Assembly: GCF_006345805.1 (NCBI RefSeq)
Contig: NC_043014.1
Coordinates: forward strand, 5,642,001 to 5,706,000
Direction of reading: 5' to 3'
Length of the DNA: 64,000 nt
Origin: Octopus sinensis
Lineage: Eukaryota
In this document: piece after piece, positions 63,906 to 64,000 of the stretch
How the letters are laid out: every line of letters begins with the position of its first letter
How positions within the stretch are numbered: position 1 is the first letter of the stretch
The notes under the pieces: model-generated
Told to the model about the DNA's origin: nothing
Databases searched by the model: none
Seen by the model: the letters and a program-made list of their open reading frames with translations, nothing else
Program-made: the position numbers and the translations under genes

Positions 63906-64000
63906 CGGTATTTCCTGCTACAGAGTTTTGCGTGTGATATATTACTCGCGAACGACGTTACTGTAAAAGGGGGCGCGACACTCGACGCCACGCGTTGCCC
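63906..64000 (-). other. 3' end of ITS1 (window edge)
   Basis: Immediately upstream of 5.8S on the rDNA strand. Confidence 0.6.

Noticed and set aside
60489-63991. GC-rich ORFs of 100-282 aa
   Set aside because: They overlap 28S/ITS/5.8S sequence; stop-poor GC-rich rDNA, not genes.

Overview
Repeat-dense, AT-rich eukaryotic DNA. The tRNA-derived SINE families and the (TA)n/(TATG)n/(ATT)n landscape resemble what I recall of Octopus (coleoid cephalopod) genomes; this is inference, not a database match. One intact 4-exon gene lies at 2989-16533 (+), a 253-aa short-chain collagen C4-like protein with an N-terminal hydrophobic anchor and no Gly-X-Y helix. 1-43.5 kb otherwise holds SINEs, a full-length but broken mariner, non-autonomous Helitrons, Merlin/Tc1/L1-Tx1/Penelope relics and candidate minimal hammerhead motifs. 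It also holds a TSD-flanked ~171-bp tandem array built from a SINE and a high density of fold-back palindromes, including a spacer-less ~4.9-kb one that may be an assembly artefact. 43.56-54.87 kb is a ~65-copy 173-bp satellite with higher-order structure. 56.0-64.0 kb is a decayed minus-strand rDNA unit (ITS1 end, 5.8S, ITS2, 28S). It carries a dead R2 retrotransposon at the canonical 28S site, and the R2 itself contains a SINE and a captured 150-bp 28S fragment. Nearly all ORFs in the supplied track are microsatellite or satellite read-through, not genes.
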